Positions 26,601 through 45,100 of a DNA stretch of 64,000 nt are shown here, piece by piece. The notes beneath the pieces were generated by a model. That model saw only the letters and a program-made list of their open reading frames with translations, searched no databases and was not told the origin of the DNA. The DNA comes from Tubiluchus corallicola. Its lineage: Eukaryota > Animalia > Priapulida. Numbering within the stretch: position 1 is the stretch's first letter; each line of letters begins with the position of its first letter. Location of the stretch: assembly GCA_030141605.1 (NCBI GenBank), contig JAQGDQ010000133.1:372001-436000 (forward strand). The letters run 5' to 3'. Both the position numbers and the translations under genes were made by a program.

Positions 26601-28469
26601 TTTGTTGATTGCTTAGTAGGTATGTGTAGGAATTAGACTTGCAAAATAAGTGCCAAGTTTAGCATTGGCAACAAAATGTTCTTGTTGAATATTATGAAAA
26701 ACAATGTTGAAATTATGGGTGCATGTGTTGCAAACTCCATGGTTTGCAAACTTCCTTCTGCAAAATATGACTCCTAGAACAAGACAAATGTTATTTCTCT
26801 CTCAACAAGGTTAACAACCAGAATCGGTATTGCCAATGAAGTGTGATTATTAGAAGTACACAACATTGCCACTCAGCCCTAAATTACGTAATTATTGTTA
26901 TAGTTATAAAAGAAACCCTGGCGTAACATCATTATTGTGTTGTAGGGACTTTGCAGAGATTGATACCACTAAGTGTTATCATTCATTTTTCTCCAAATAT
27001 GGCTGTGAAGACAAGGACCAGATTTTGGAGGTCATCTTGAACCTCCTCAATGAGTCTTTGCCTGCGGTAGAGGAGCAAGTGAGACCTGACTTCCAAAATA
27101 AGGGCCAAGTTTAACATTGGCAACAAAATGTTCTTGTTGAATATTATGCAAAACAATGTTGAAATAAGGGGTGCGTGTGTTGCAAACTCCATGGTGTGCA
27201 AACTTCCTTCTGCAAAATATGACAGGGAGAATGACTCCTAGAACAAGACAAATGTTATTTCTCTCTCAACAAGGTTAACAACCAGAATCAGTATTGCCAA
27301 TGAAGTGTGATTATTAATTCAAGGTCTGCCTTGCCATTGCCTAACTTTGCACATGAAGCACACAACATTGCCACTCAGCCCTAAATTACATAATTATTGT
27401 TATACTTATAAAAGAAACCCCAGTGTAACATTATTATTGTGTTGTAGGGACTATGCAAAGATTGATACCACTAAGTGTTATCATTCATTTTTCTCCAAAT
27501 ATGGCTGCAAAGACAAGGACAAGATTTTGGAGGTCATCTTGAACCTCCTCAATGAGTCTTTGCCTGCGGTAGAGGAGCAAGTGAGACCTTACTTCCCTCA
27601 AGCTGCAGATATTACCGTGGCTGATGTGAAGTTCTACTTGGCAGCCGTGGATGCTGGTCAAAAAAAGGGATGTAAAGAAATAGTTTTGCTGATAGATAAT
27701 GGACGTAAGTAATGCAGCTTGCATTCGTCCAAAAGTACCTTTATTTACCTAAAAATGATTTATGTGTGTTAAGGCATAGAGCTTGCAAGAAAGTTCTGCT
27801 TAGAAGATATTTATCTAACGCTTTTGCTGCAGAATAAAATTCAGTTTATTAAGATGCATATGTGCAGCTTTAAATTTTAAATAGGCATGCACCAGAAAGG
27901 TAGAGTGTCATTGTCAACTAAGTAACTGCTTGTAACTTGTGTGGTGCATCATCAGATTTAATTTTTAACTGCTTGCTCATGCTAGTTTAATGTGTAAACT
28001 GCATTTGCAGAATTGGATCTTTCAAATGTTAATTGCCCATCGACTAATGATCCGAAACAAGCGGAGAAGATTGGTCAGAAGTTGGCTGGTGTACTACCAA
28101 AGGCACTCTCTATCAACTGGGCTTCTGGTGGCAAGAAACTAACTGAGCATGACTGCGAGTAAGTTTAGAATTTTCGTATATTTGCAGAATGCACAGGAGG
28201 TGTTTTCATACACTCAGCAAGTCGGAAATTTTCCAATTGCAGTGTCATTATTCAACACTAACTTGTATTATTTCAGGACTCTGGATGACATCACAGGTAC
28301 ACTTAAGGAAGTATTTCAAGGCTCCAATTGTGTCGAAGTTAGGAAAGTGTTCAGTGCCCTAGTTGATGGTACTGTTAGTTACCTCTGTGGAGAAAACAGT
28401 GCAGTTGCTATGAGTTTGGGGAGTTCCCTGCTGTTGCTGATTTGCTTGCTTGTAAGTCTGCTTCTGTAG
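20652..28469 (+). CDS. Uncharacterised Cys-rich secreted / probably GPI-anchored protein, paralogue A (5 exons, 305 aa)
   Basis: Exons 20652-20700 (MDLKLCVSLCLALTFC, signal peptide), 26040-26310, 27448-27704, 28011-28158, 28277-28469; GT-AG, phases 1,2,1,2; 918 nt open frame. Ends in a hydrophobic tail (NSAVAMSLGSSLLLLICLLVSLLL*). Clearly homologous to the next gene. Confidence 0.85.
21043..21115. repeat. Short direct tandem duplication (33-bp unit, two copies)
   Basis: ttgtatacttgcaaggctaattgtgactcttaa occurs twice. Confidence 0.85.
22585..24760. mobile_element. Foldback-like element with inverted arms made of degenerate TTGGACAC units; left arm split by the hAT MITE
   Basis: Left arm (22585-22765 and 23481-23570) carries ttggacac/ttggatac units; right arm (24425-24760) carries the reverse gtgtccaa units. 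Example: gtcatttggatactaggcgattttgaca vs gtgtccaaaatacctagtatccagatgaac. A related arm lies at ~170-330 on the minus strand. Confidence 0.6.
22769..23480. mobile_element. hAT (Charlie-like) non-autonomous element containing a minus-strand LINE 3' fragment (~23170-23340)
   Basis: TIRs cagtgtttttcaacc / ggttcaaaatcactg; subterminal tgtgccgcggc/tgtgccgtgg; flanks gcataagc(ccgg) and gcataagg resemble an imperfect 8-bp TSD. Internal minus-strand SFTSPASKLWNSL is a LINE C-terminal motif. Confidence 0.75.
26450..27590. repeat. Tandem segmental duplications in intron 2/exon 3 of paralogue A
   Basis: ctgtataattgttatgtcagcaagg... occurs at ~26431 and ~26565; ~26636-27088 is repeated at ~27089-27590. 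Boundaries approximate. Confidence 0.8.
26946..27114 (+). pseudogene. Truncated duplicate of exon 3 of paralogue A, within a tandem intronic duplication
   Basis: 26946-27088 is nearly identical to 27448-27590, including the acceptor ttgtag|ggac, then switches to intronic sequence (gacttccaaaataagggcc) and stops at 27114. Confidence 0.8.
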
Positions 28470-30989
28470 TATGGCTATGAAAACTAAGCAAGTTATCATT
28501 TTTTCTTCAGTTAACTTAACGTTTAATCGGTCTTTTAGCACTTACGTTGGTTATTTTGATGCTGGATCAAAATAAGCATTTGATATGTTTTTTAGATTCT
28601 TACAGTGTAATTATATATTACCGCTACCTTGTTCTAATTACTTTTTCTAGTTTAAACTCTGTAAACAATGTATGTATGCATTATGATTCTGGCTTCCATG
28701 AGCTAGTGTATAATAATTATGTACTGCATAACTAGGTTATACTTAGTCATATATTCATTTACCTTTACTTTGCTTTTGTAGTAAAATTCATCTTGCAGTA
28801 AGGCTCAGTCAATGTACAAACAACGTGCTTTAAAATTTATTTTTATAAAAACGTGCTGAATAATTTGTTCTTTCTGTAGTTACAATTTGGCATCTTTAAA
28901 TGACTTGCTGCATTACTGAACAGATATGTTACAGAGAAATGCAGTATGACAGATTAGTTTTCTTTTTTTGTAGGATACATTGGTTTTCTTTTTGTAATCG
29001 TTTTCTTTGTACATATAGAATGTCTTCGTATTATGAAATTATATGCTTTTTGTTGTGTGTTGTATAATCTGTGTAAGTTGGAGTTAACATTTTTTTAAGT
29101 ATTTGTGATAAAAAGAAAAAGTACTGAATTTGATATCCATTTCTGTTAATTGTTGTTACATTCTAGTTTGTAGATTGTCTGACATAAAAACTAATTTGGC
29201 TTTCAAACTGCAAGGGTTCATCCTAAACTTAGATAGTGGATTCGGTGTTTGCACACTTATGCAGTGAACCATTCGAAATAAATGTGTTTTGTCATTTTTG
29301 TGCAGTGTTCTCTTTTCAGTACAATAGCAATAAATATTATACCTATTGCGTTTAAACCAAATAAAGTTAATTCTACATAACGTTTTTGGGTTTACATAAT
29401 TTTCGTTAAATTGAGTAGTTTACGTGACAGTTACTGTAAGATTTAACAGGTAGTGAATTTGCTTCACAAGTCATATAAGTGACCTTGCACGTATTTGCTG
29501 AAACTCTGTATAATTTCGTTTTACACATAGACAAAATATTGGAGAAAACCCGTGTGAGAATTGCAGTGGGCTTTATGGTATTTGTGTAGTCTTGTACAGT
29601 ATGTGCGGAAAAGAAAGGCAAAACGGAATCCAAAATTCAGGTATTTTTGCGGGCGACATCATAAATGTAAATAAAAGTAATGGCGCCAATGCACGTTGAA
29701 CATTGCAATAGTGAAGACAAAATATAAACAAAGTCAGATCCAATCCAATTAGCTGTAGTTAACATGCTGAGTTTAAGGACCGATTTTAACGCTTAGAGCT
29801 ACAATTTGCTACAGTAAAATTCACTGGCTGGGCGCAGACAGTTCGAATTACAGAAATCGTGCTAGATGAAAAACGTTTTGTACTTATAACCCAGTTTGAT
29901 TAGCGGGGATCTTCATCGTGACTGACTGACACTCAAAGCTGCCACTCTTGCATGCCACATATCCGCGATAACTATGCGTGTTTGGACTGGCGGGATTTTC
30001 GGATGGAAGACGAATTTCCGCAGCAAAAGCAGAGACACACGTAAAAAATTTGGGCCTCTAATAACCTCATCGGGGAACGTGTCACTCAAAATTATGCAAG
30101 CTGAACATCACTGGTATCAAGCAAAGCTGCCACTCACGGGTGAGTAGACTGTCGGGACAGCGTCTCGCTCACTCACTTTCACGATAAATCACCGTGCTCG
30201 CTCGATAGTCTAAACGGGCCATAACAAGAAAAAATGATAATCTGGACTCGCTTCTTTGAATGACAAGACAAAAGAGAAAGACTAATTAAATATTTCTGCT
30301 GCAGTGAGCCCTGTCTTTACTAGTTGCTTCTCTCGATTCATCGACAAATTCTGTATCGTTATAGTCTGCAATCTAACACCCACGTCATTTCAATTTGACA
30401 ATTTCATTCTCATAGGTGATATTAATTACTTCTGTGGAGATACGAAAATTAATAAACTATCTAGTTATAATGCTTTCTTCGTACATTTTTATGCGTGCAC
30501 TTGAGAAACCTATAAGTTAAGTAATTTGCTCTCAACATCTATTCCACGTGATAATAAATATTTCTGACAAGCAAACAAATCAAAATTTATTCGCCGTAAC
30601 GTTCCGAAAGCGCGCGTTGCTTCTGTGTGTAAGTTAGCTTTACAGACGGACGTTTTTGAAGTAGACATCTTCAAGAAAAGTAGAAACTATTTTTGACAAT
30701 TTTAATTGACTCAGCTTAACTGCTTGAGCGATGCAGCCTGAAAACATAAATGCGCAAGCTACATTTTTGGAATGAAGCCGCTGATTTTAACTAAGTGAAG
30801 CCTGTGGATTTTTAGTCTGAAATCGCGCGTTATTTTACGTTAGGGTGGGGTCTGATTGCTGTGTTTGCACGCTCGTTGTATTAAAATCACCTTTTTGTTT
30901 GAGTTTTCATACTTGTGAGTTAATATGTCTTAATTGGTCAGTAATTATAGTAATATGGACTATTGACTCGTGCACGCACAACAACACGC

Positions 30990-37394
<6,405 letters not shown>

Positions 37395-39180
37395 ACTCTG
37401 CTACTGTTGTATATTTCTTTTATTTCATACACTGTAGTAGCGAAGCAAAAAATACTATAATTAAAATACAAGAACGTGCAATATTATATAGGTTTAGATA
37501 TAATTATAGCCATTGTCGTTTGTATCAAGTTTTATATATTAAATTACTTTAAACTAGATAAATTTGATCCAGTTTTAAAGTAAAACGGAGCTGTTAACTG
37601 AACGTTCAAATTGCAGAGATTGTTCTGTACAAAACTGTCAATCTTGTAGCATCCCCCAGAAACATTGTTATGGGCAACTTTTAGGTTGTATAAATTATGT
37701 GATAAAACTTACCCAAGAACTTCGTTTTCTTGTGTTCGAACTTTATTAACTTGTACATAGTATTTGCTTTATATCAGTTTGTGATAATTTGTTGCCAAAA
37801 ATTATGACTATAAGTACCCGTTGCTTTTATTTACAAAATAAAAATGATGTGAAGCGCTCGCTTACCTTTTTATATTGCTGACAGTCAATTTTTAAACAAT
37901 ATTATGTGAACTATATCTACTGTTATACTTATTTACAATTATTTCTAATCTATCTGAAAGAAATGGATGGGTGTAATGCTCGATTTCTAAGGCGATTTAT
38001 TAACAGCCGCTCAATTGGCTTATTGGTGCAGTGACTGACCTCCTGGTTAATTGATTAATTTAGCATTTACTGTTCGTAATTAAATGAACAAAAGAACATG
38101 TATTAATTATTGATCACACCACTCGTCGCCAGCTATAGTCGCATTTTTCGTCAGTAGGTCAGCATCACATACGGCTTGCCGTCTTTACAATAAATCACGA
38201 AGTCTTATCTAAATTTCATACACTACTACATCGTAGAGGTAAAACTCTACAGCTTTATAGTAAATATTTGTGAAAAGCTATAGGTATCCTAATAATTAAT
38301 CGTGCCGTGATTTTTAATTAATTAATAGATAAAATTCGTAACACTCTAGAGAAAATTCTAAACTTTTTCATCAATATCTTACTTTTAAATTGCTTTGTAG
38401 AAACATTATTAAACTTAAAAACCATCTGAAACACAACATTTACTCTTCAGCTGATCTTTATTTCAAATCAAAAGTAGTTCAAACTAAGACTTTTGCTGAA
38501 TTTTAACCTGTTTTATGAGTTTGTCACTTTTTTCAATTTTAGTTAGGCTTAGATAAATGTGTGAATGATCATAACGCACCAGTAGCCCGAATAACTGTAT
38601 ATAATTACTGTTCATTATTTGTAATAACAAGCTTACGTAATTTGACGAGAATTTTGTGAACAAATTTTCGATTGTTTTTAGTATACAAAAAATGCTTTAG
38701 TTTGCTTTTGGTTACTTAGCAGCTGTTTCTGTTTCTATTGGGAAAGCATTTGTGTTTGTCATTGGTAAGAAAGACAATTAAGTTTGGGCTGACAAGCAAC
38801 TAATAGGGCCCGACAATCAGCGCAGAGAACGTATTAAAATATAAATCTTTTGAATGGATGGAATGATGATACAATTTTTGAAGGACTAATAAGAAAACCC
38901 TGTGCGATTTTAAATATAAAGCATGGCAAGTTGTTGATAAGTGGTAACTAAGCATTGACACTAGTATATGGCACTTAGAGTACCTCTATATTTACGCAGT
39001 AGATATATTGTGCTCTAAAATCTAAATACGCTACCAGGCTGCCGCCATCTAACGGGAGAAATTATAATAGACTGCTAAAGTACAGGCAAAGCGAAGGTTA
39101 TGTAAATAACACTTACTGTAAGTGTTCGCTTGGTCGTTTTGAAGGCCTAATTATCATTCATTATACAAATTTCCTTCAAA

Positions 39181-42100
39181 ATGAAGAGCATTGCGTCTGT
39201 ACTTATTTTTGTCATTTTGAACGTTTTGAAATGTCATGGAGGATATATTGAAGCACCAAAATTAGGTAAGCTGTAAAGTCGATCATTTAATTATTTGATA
39301 GAAAAATATCACTGCCACAGATGGAAGTTTTTGCGATATATACAGGACTTGAAGGTGATGTGCAAGAAATAACAATCACATACCAATACTACAAACAGAA
39401 TGACGTCGTACCGAAGAGGTCTCAGTATATAAACTATCTACGTAGTTGAAAAGCCCTCTATGTTAAACATGCATGTCGCATGACCTATGCTAAAGTAGTC
39501 GAAACTGGAGACTTCATGTGCTGGGACCTGGGGCACACGGTAACATGCCTGTTCTTGGTCAATGTGTTAAGATTATGGAGTTTTATACCACCTATCTCAG
39601 GCTCAAATTACGCTGCACTGTGATTTTTTTCGCATCTTCTTTTCACTTCATTATTCCTTCATAACTCATCCTATTACAATCTAGATTGCTATTTCAAATG
39701 GAAATCTGTGAATATTAGGTGCTTATGGTGCAGATGCAAATGGAGTTTCAGTATCAGGCATTTCCTCTGGTGCTTACATGGCCACGCAGATGCATGTAGC
39801 ACATTCAGCTCTTTTCAAAGGAGTGGGTATTGTTGCCGGTGGACCATATTACTGCTGCAAAGGAGACTGGGCTCGAATACCTGACTGCACAGTCAACGGA
39901 TCAAAAATTGATGGTAAAACTTATTATTCAAGCAAATCATGATGTTTGTCTGAATTATTTGATTATTCATACAAACCATATAGTTGTCTGTACAACCGTC
40001 AAATTTCTGAATTTAGAAGTAATGACGTTTTCGGGCCCCAAGCTAATGAAATTATGGGGTCAGACAGAGCCACCCTCTATTTACTCACACTCGTTTTTCG
40101 AATATTTTTTACTTGTGATATATCTCAGCAACATTTGCATAGCGAGGGGGGCAGATTTCAAATAATGGGCTTCAAAGAGGGGCCCTTATCTCAAATAAAG
40201 GGCCTCAAACAAATACCTCAAACAGGGATCTTTTATCTCAAATGGGGAGCAACCTTACAGTTGGATTTTCAGACTTCTTGGCTTCCTTTTTTGAAGTTAA
40301 AATTTCATTTTATGTTATGTGAATTATTCAGCAATGCAAAGTATGGGCCCGCTAAGCTTGAGGAGCCCTAGGCTGCAGCCTATACTAGCCTACAGGATAA
40401 TCCAGCCCTGTATGTATTGTAGGCTCAGTTCTGAAGTAGCAGTTGACAAATATGCGTAACCGTCATTGGAACAAACAATATAAAAATACATCTGCGTAAT
40501 TCTAGTGTTATAAATAAAAGTGCAAATGCAATATTTGTAAATCTTTAACCTATTACTTGTATACCACGCAGCTTTAGAACTGGCAGATATGACGTTAGCG
40601 TACTCCGAGATCGATCAAATTGACAGTACCAACAACTTAAAAGAGTCCAAAGTTTATATCATATGTGGAACCCTCGATAATCGAGTCACGCCAGGTATAC
40701 CATACACTTTAAAACTAAAAATTGCCACTGTAGATAAATTAGCAAATAGTTAAACTGAAACGTATTTTAATTCTCTTAATGTCAAGATTAATATAAATGA
40801 TTGTACAAACGTGCAATTAATAAAATTTAGAAACCAAACTTGAAAAACAGTAAATTTGCAACACAGTTTTGATATATACTAATATAAGGCTTACAAATAA
40901 TTAATTAAGTTCACTGAAAATTTCAGATTTAAAATTAATGTTAATGATGTTAGTAAAATTAAAATTTATATGATTAATTAAAATCGCTCTAATACGGTGA
41001 TCTAACATTGAAACTGCTGAACTGGCTTGCCGGTTGAACTTTTTTCGCGGCTAAACTGAGATGTACGAATAAACTTATTTTGGTTGTCTTAATCGCTGGA
41101 CAACATGCATTCCAGTAGAACTGGCACGCAACTGTCAAATATAGCATGGACAAAGTTTTTTGGAGAAATATGTATATCAGGTTATCACTGATGCCTGTCC
41201 TTAATACCTAGTTAGCAGAGGTGGGCAAATTTTTAATTTCCAGAGTTATATCCTCCAGTTTTGTTTTCTCAATTCATGCTAAATTTGAACTGTAAAATAA
41301 CGAATGCAGGTTACAATCTAAAAATAGAATTCTTTTGGTGTATAAAAAATTTGTTACACAAGAATTTTGAAACTTGATAGCGAAATTTAAATTTTTATTT
41401 AACGAATTTTGCGGTTTGTTACTATAGAACGTGGAATACTGTACAAACATCTTGGTATTTTACATGTGGCACATTCTTTGAGTTATCACAAAAGCTAGAT
41501 TAAAAATCATTTTTGGTACACACATTGAATAATTAGTATGTATCAGTCACTTTGTCCATGTATAAAAAAAATTGAAAGTAATATATTAGAACTATAATAT
41601 TGAACCACGTAACGTTCGCGCAAGTTTTAAATCATTGTTTTAAAAAAAGGCCCGATCTTGCTAGCTTAAAGAAAGTCTTAAAGTACACATAATGAACAAG
41701 TACATTAAGCAAAAAAACCTTGTCCATACTACTTTTTACGCTTACGTCAAATTCTTGGGTTTGTCTACTGGACTATGGTAGTCTAGCGGTCTACGTACAC
41801 TCGTGCTTTGTAAGTGGAGGAACGGTCCGAAGACCTTAGTTCAAATCCAGCCAGTATTACAAGTTTCACATTTCGTGTTTTTCAAATTTGATTTCTAAAT
41901 TTAATCAGTCATGAGTTTGTTCCATTGTTAAAGGATCCTTAGCTTATGTTGGTTAGACACTAGTGATAGCGCTACCAATATGAAAAATTGTATACCAGTA
42001 TTGTATACGTTACGCACGGATTTGGAACGTTTGTGAATGACGAAGCACTATAGTCTATAAATTGGGATCTCTTCATAATACATCAAGCAATTTGTTATTT

Positions 42101-45100
42101 GGGAAAGTTCTTGTGGGCTCTTTAATCGTTAAAAACCATTTTGAAATCACAAGAACTTAACTGTATTGTAATCTGTCATATTATGATCTTGCATAAGCTC
42201 TTGTAATTTAAAAAGTATAAGATACGTAGAATCAAGTGAATTATTTCTGTTCCTTGACACTGTAGTACACTTTTTACCAACCTCCAGTCCTACTAGGTTC
42301 GAATCCCATTTCTGACACCATTTTTATCAAAGTAGGAACAATCAAGTAACCTTGAGCAATAAATGCAGGTCTTATTTTAACACAATAACTTGCAATACGA
42401 ATTTGTTTCAAAAACTACCTTTCTAACCAACAAACAACTCATTGTTCCTACATCCTAGTTCTTACACGCTACAAGCAATTCTAAACTGCGAGATTATAGA
42501 TTACATTTAATAGGACAGAATTAGCTTCACGCACAGTTGTCGCTATATGAACAAAATAGCATGCGGCTCAGCAGCTTTTACTGACTTCTTTTTTTTTAGA
42601 ATAAGGTTGTTAGACGATTTAGCATAGGCCCATGGAGTAAAAGCAATAATTATAGATTATTTTCTGTTAGAAACAACGAAAAAAGCAGAAGAATTTTACG
42701 ACTTTTTCATTGAAAAGAAGGAAAATATTAAAACAGTTTACGACCTCGAGGCGGCTCACACTTTCGTGAGTACTTGTTTGATCACTCATAGACTATAATA
42801 CTGACGAACAAAATTTACATAATTACAAATTGATACTGAAGATGAAAATTTTTCAACTTGACTTGATGTCAGAATTAAGTTAGATGCTAATAAAAAAGAT
42901 TTACATTAATTTCGTTCAACTTTTGAGATCAGGATGAAAAGCGATCAAACGATTGTGACCTAATTGTAATTTGAAGCCGACCTTTGGCAAATGCGCACAC
43001 ACTAACTTAACTGGTCCTTACGGAAGAAAATGTGCGAGCAACTAATTTAATAATTATTTATTTATTTTGAAGCCCACGGAAAGATATGGAACGGAATGCA
43101 CTGTCTCCGAAAGACCGTGGATCGCAAAGTGTGGTTATGATACAGCATTCGAAATATTGAATCACATATATGGAAATCTCAAGGTATGTAAAGGCAATAT
43201 TTAATTCCTCCAGGTACGATAACCGTCTTCGGCATCTTTGCACAGTGCTTGCTTATTGCCTGTCATATCGTAATCATGCATATAACAGTAAAAATTCGAC
43301 AATGTCAGTACTCACATCGAAATGAGACAAGAACTGAACCGGGAATCTTTGGATTACTAGTCCAGTACTAGGACCACTAGAACAACTAATCCTTTATTGG
43401 CGTCAAACTATGTAGACTAGTGGTCTTAGCCTTGACAAGTAATCCAAAGCTTCCTAGCTCAGACCTTTGCAGCCTCAGGTAGGAATTTTTCACCTTTACC
43501 TTTTTGCTAAAAAATCTGGCGTAGAAAAATTTGCAATTTCGTGTATATTCTATAACAAAAATTCATCCTGATGTTTTCTTTAAAGATAATCTGTAACATA
43601 CAGTAATGTTTGCTGTTCTAGCGACCAACTGAAGACACGAAAGCAGATGGTTTGGTGAGTAAATTTACTTATTAACTTATTTAAGTTATTTTTTTAAAAC
43701 TGACTAGATAAGTTTCAATTTTTGCAGTCAAAACATATCATTTTTGACTATCTTTTGTTATAACTGCTTTGCAAAAAACGCCCTCAAAGTAAGAAGTCGA
43801 AATTTTACAACAGCTACTGATTTATTGACAAATTTATTTCCAATTAAAAATATATGCAACAAAAACAATGAAAATTGAATGCAGTAAGTGGCAATGTTAA
43901 CACTATGGTAAAAATATAAAATATTGGTATATTTGTAACACATCATGTTTTAAAAATTTCATCTTGTGTCTTTTTATATGAATAAGTCTGTGCGTAAAAA
44001 CCAAATTCATCTAGCTATAATTAAAACTGAAATTGAAACATTAACACTAATTTATTTGCAGTTCACTTACTATGATCAAAGAGAATTTCTTCCCACAGAA
44101 CCAGTACCACATCATTCATTAGATGCAGCAGCAATGGCTTACATTCCTACCAAGTGCATAACAGAATCGGGTAATTTTTTAAATTATAGTATTGTTTGTA
44201 TTGTCCCCTTTTGTATACATTTCGGAATCTGCAAATCAGAGTTCAGCATTTAGTGGCCAGGGTCCATACAGTGTGAACAGTTGTGGTAGTTTTTCTGCTA
44301 ATTTGTCGCCAATTAATTTTCGAACTTAGAATGTAAATACTTTTAAACTTATAAACTACTTTAAATTAAAAATACTGATTTTGTATTTGCAAATTGTGTT
44401 GTGCAAAACGTGTATTGACGTGTAATAGCCTATCAGAAAAAATTAATAAATGCCGTGCAAGTTTGCACATTTTCATTCTAATACCATGAACTTTTACATT
44501 CAAAGTCGTTATAGAAGCATTGAATTATCTTATTTATTCACGTCTAGGCTGCAAGGTTCACGTTGCCTTCCATGGTTGCAAACAAGGAAGGTAAATATTT
44601 TTTATTTTTTTAATTATCTTACTTTAGGAGGAAACTTTTACCTTCCATGAACACGTTCTTCACTCTTCATAATCATTTTGGCTTAACTCGATGAATTATT
44701 TATTTTAATCTTGGACAATTTGAATTTCTTATACTTGTTCAGCTATCTTGCTATTCCTTTATAAAATAGAGTTTGTTCTACCTTACACTGTGCTTCTCCC
44801 GCCGAGACATTAATTAATTATTTCAACAAAAGACGACAGCACTTAGCTCGTGAGCGCACGTCATCAAATTGCATATCATTGAGTTTTGGCAACATTTAAA
44901 GGGGAAGTTGAGCTCTAAAGTATGTCTTAAAAAAACTTTAAACGCAAATTTATATTAGTTTGCATTAGGTCATGTGTTTGAAGGACATACGTAACTGAAA
45001 AAACTTGTTATCTAAACTTGTTTGAAGCGACATACCGTAAATGGCTGCGCCTAATGTTCATCGCGGGTGGTCAGGTTTTATACAGGGTTACTGTTAATGG

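Noticed and set aside
39830-40371. ORFs 39830..40165 and 39946..40371 as separate genes
   Set aside because: Out-of-frame overlap with PhaZ exon 2 plus intronic MITE-like sequence; no recognisable protein.
41771-41860. Possible functional tRNA gene
   Set aside because: A and B boxes are present but there is no pairing acceptor stem or cloverleaf; it belongs to the SINE-like family.
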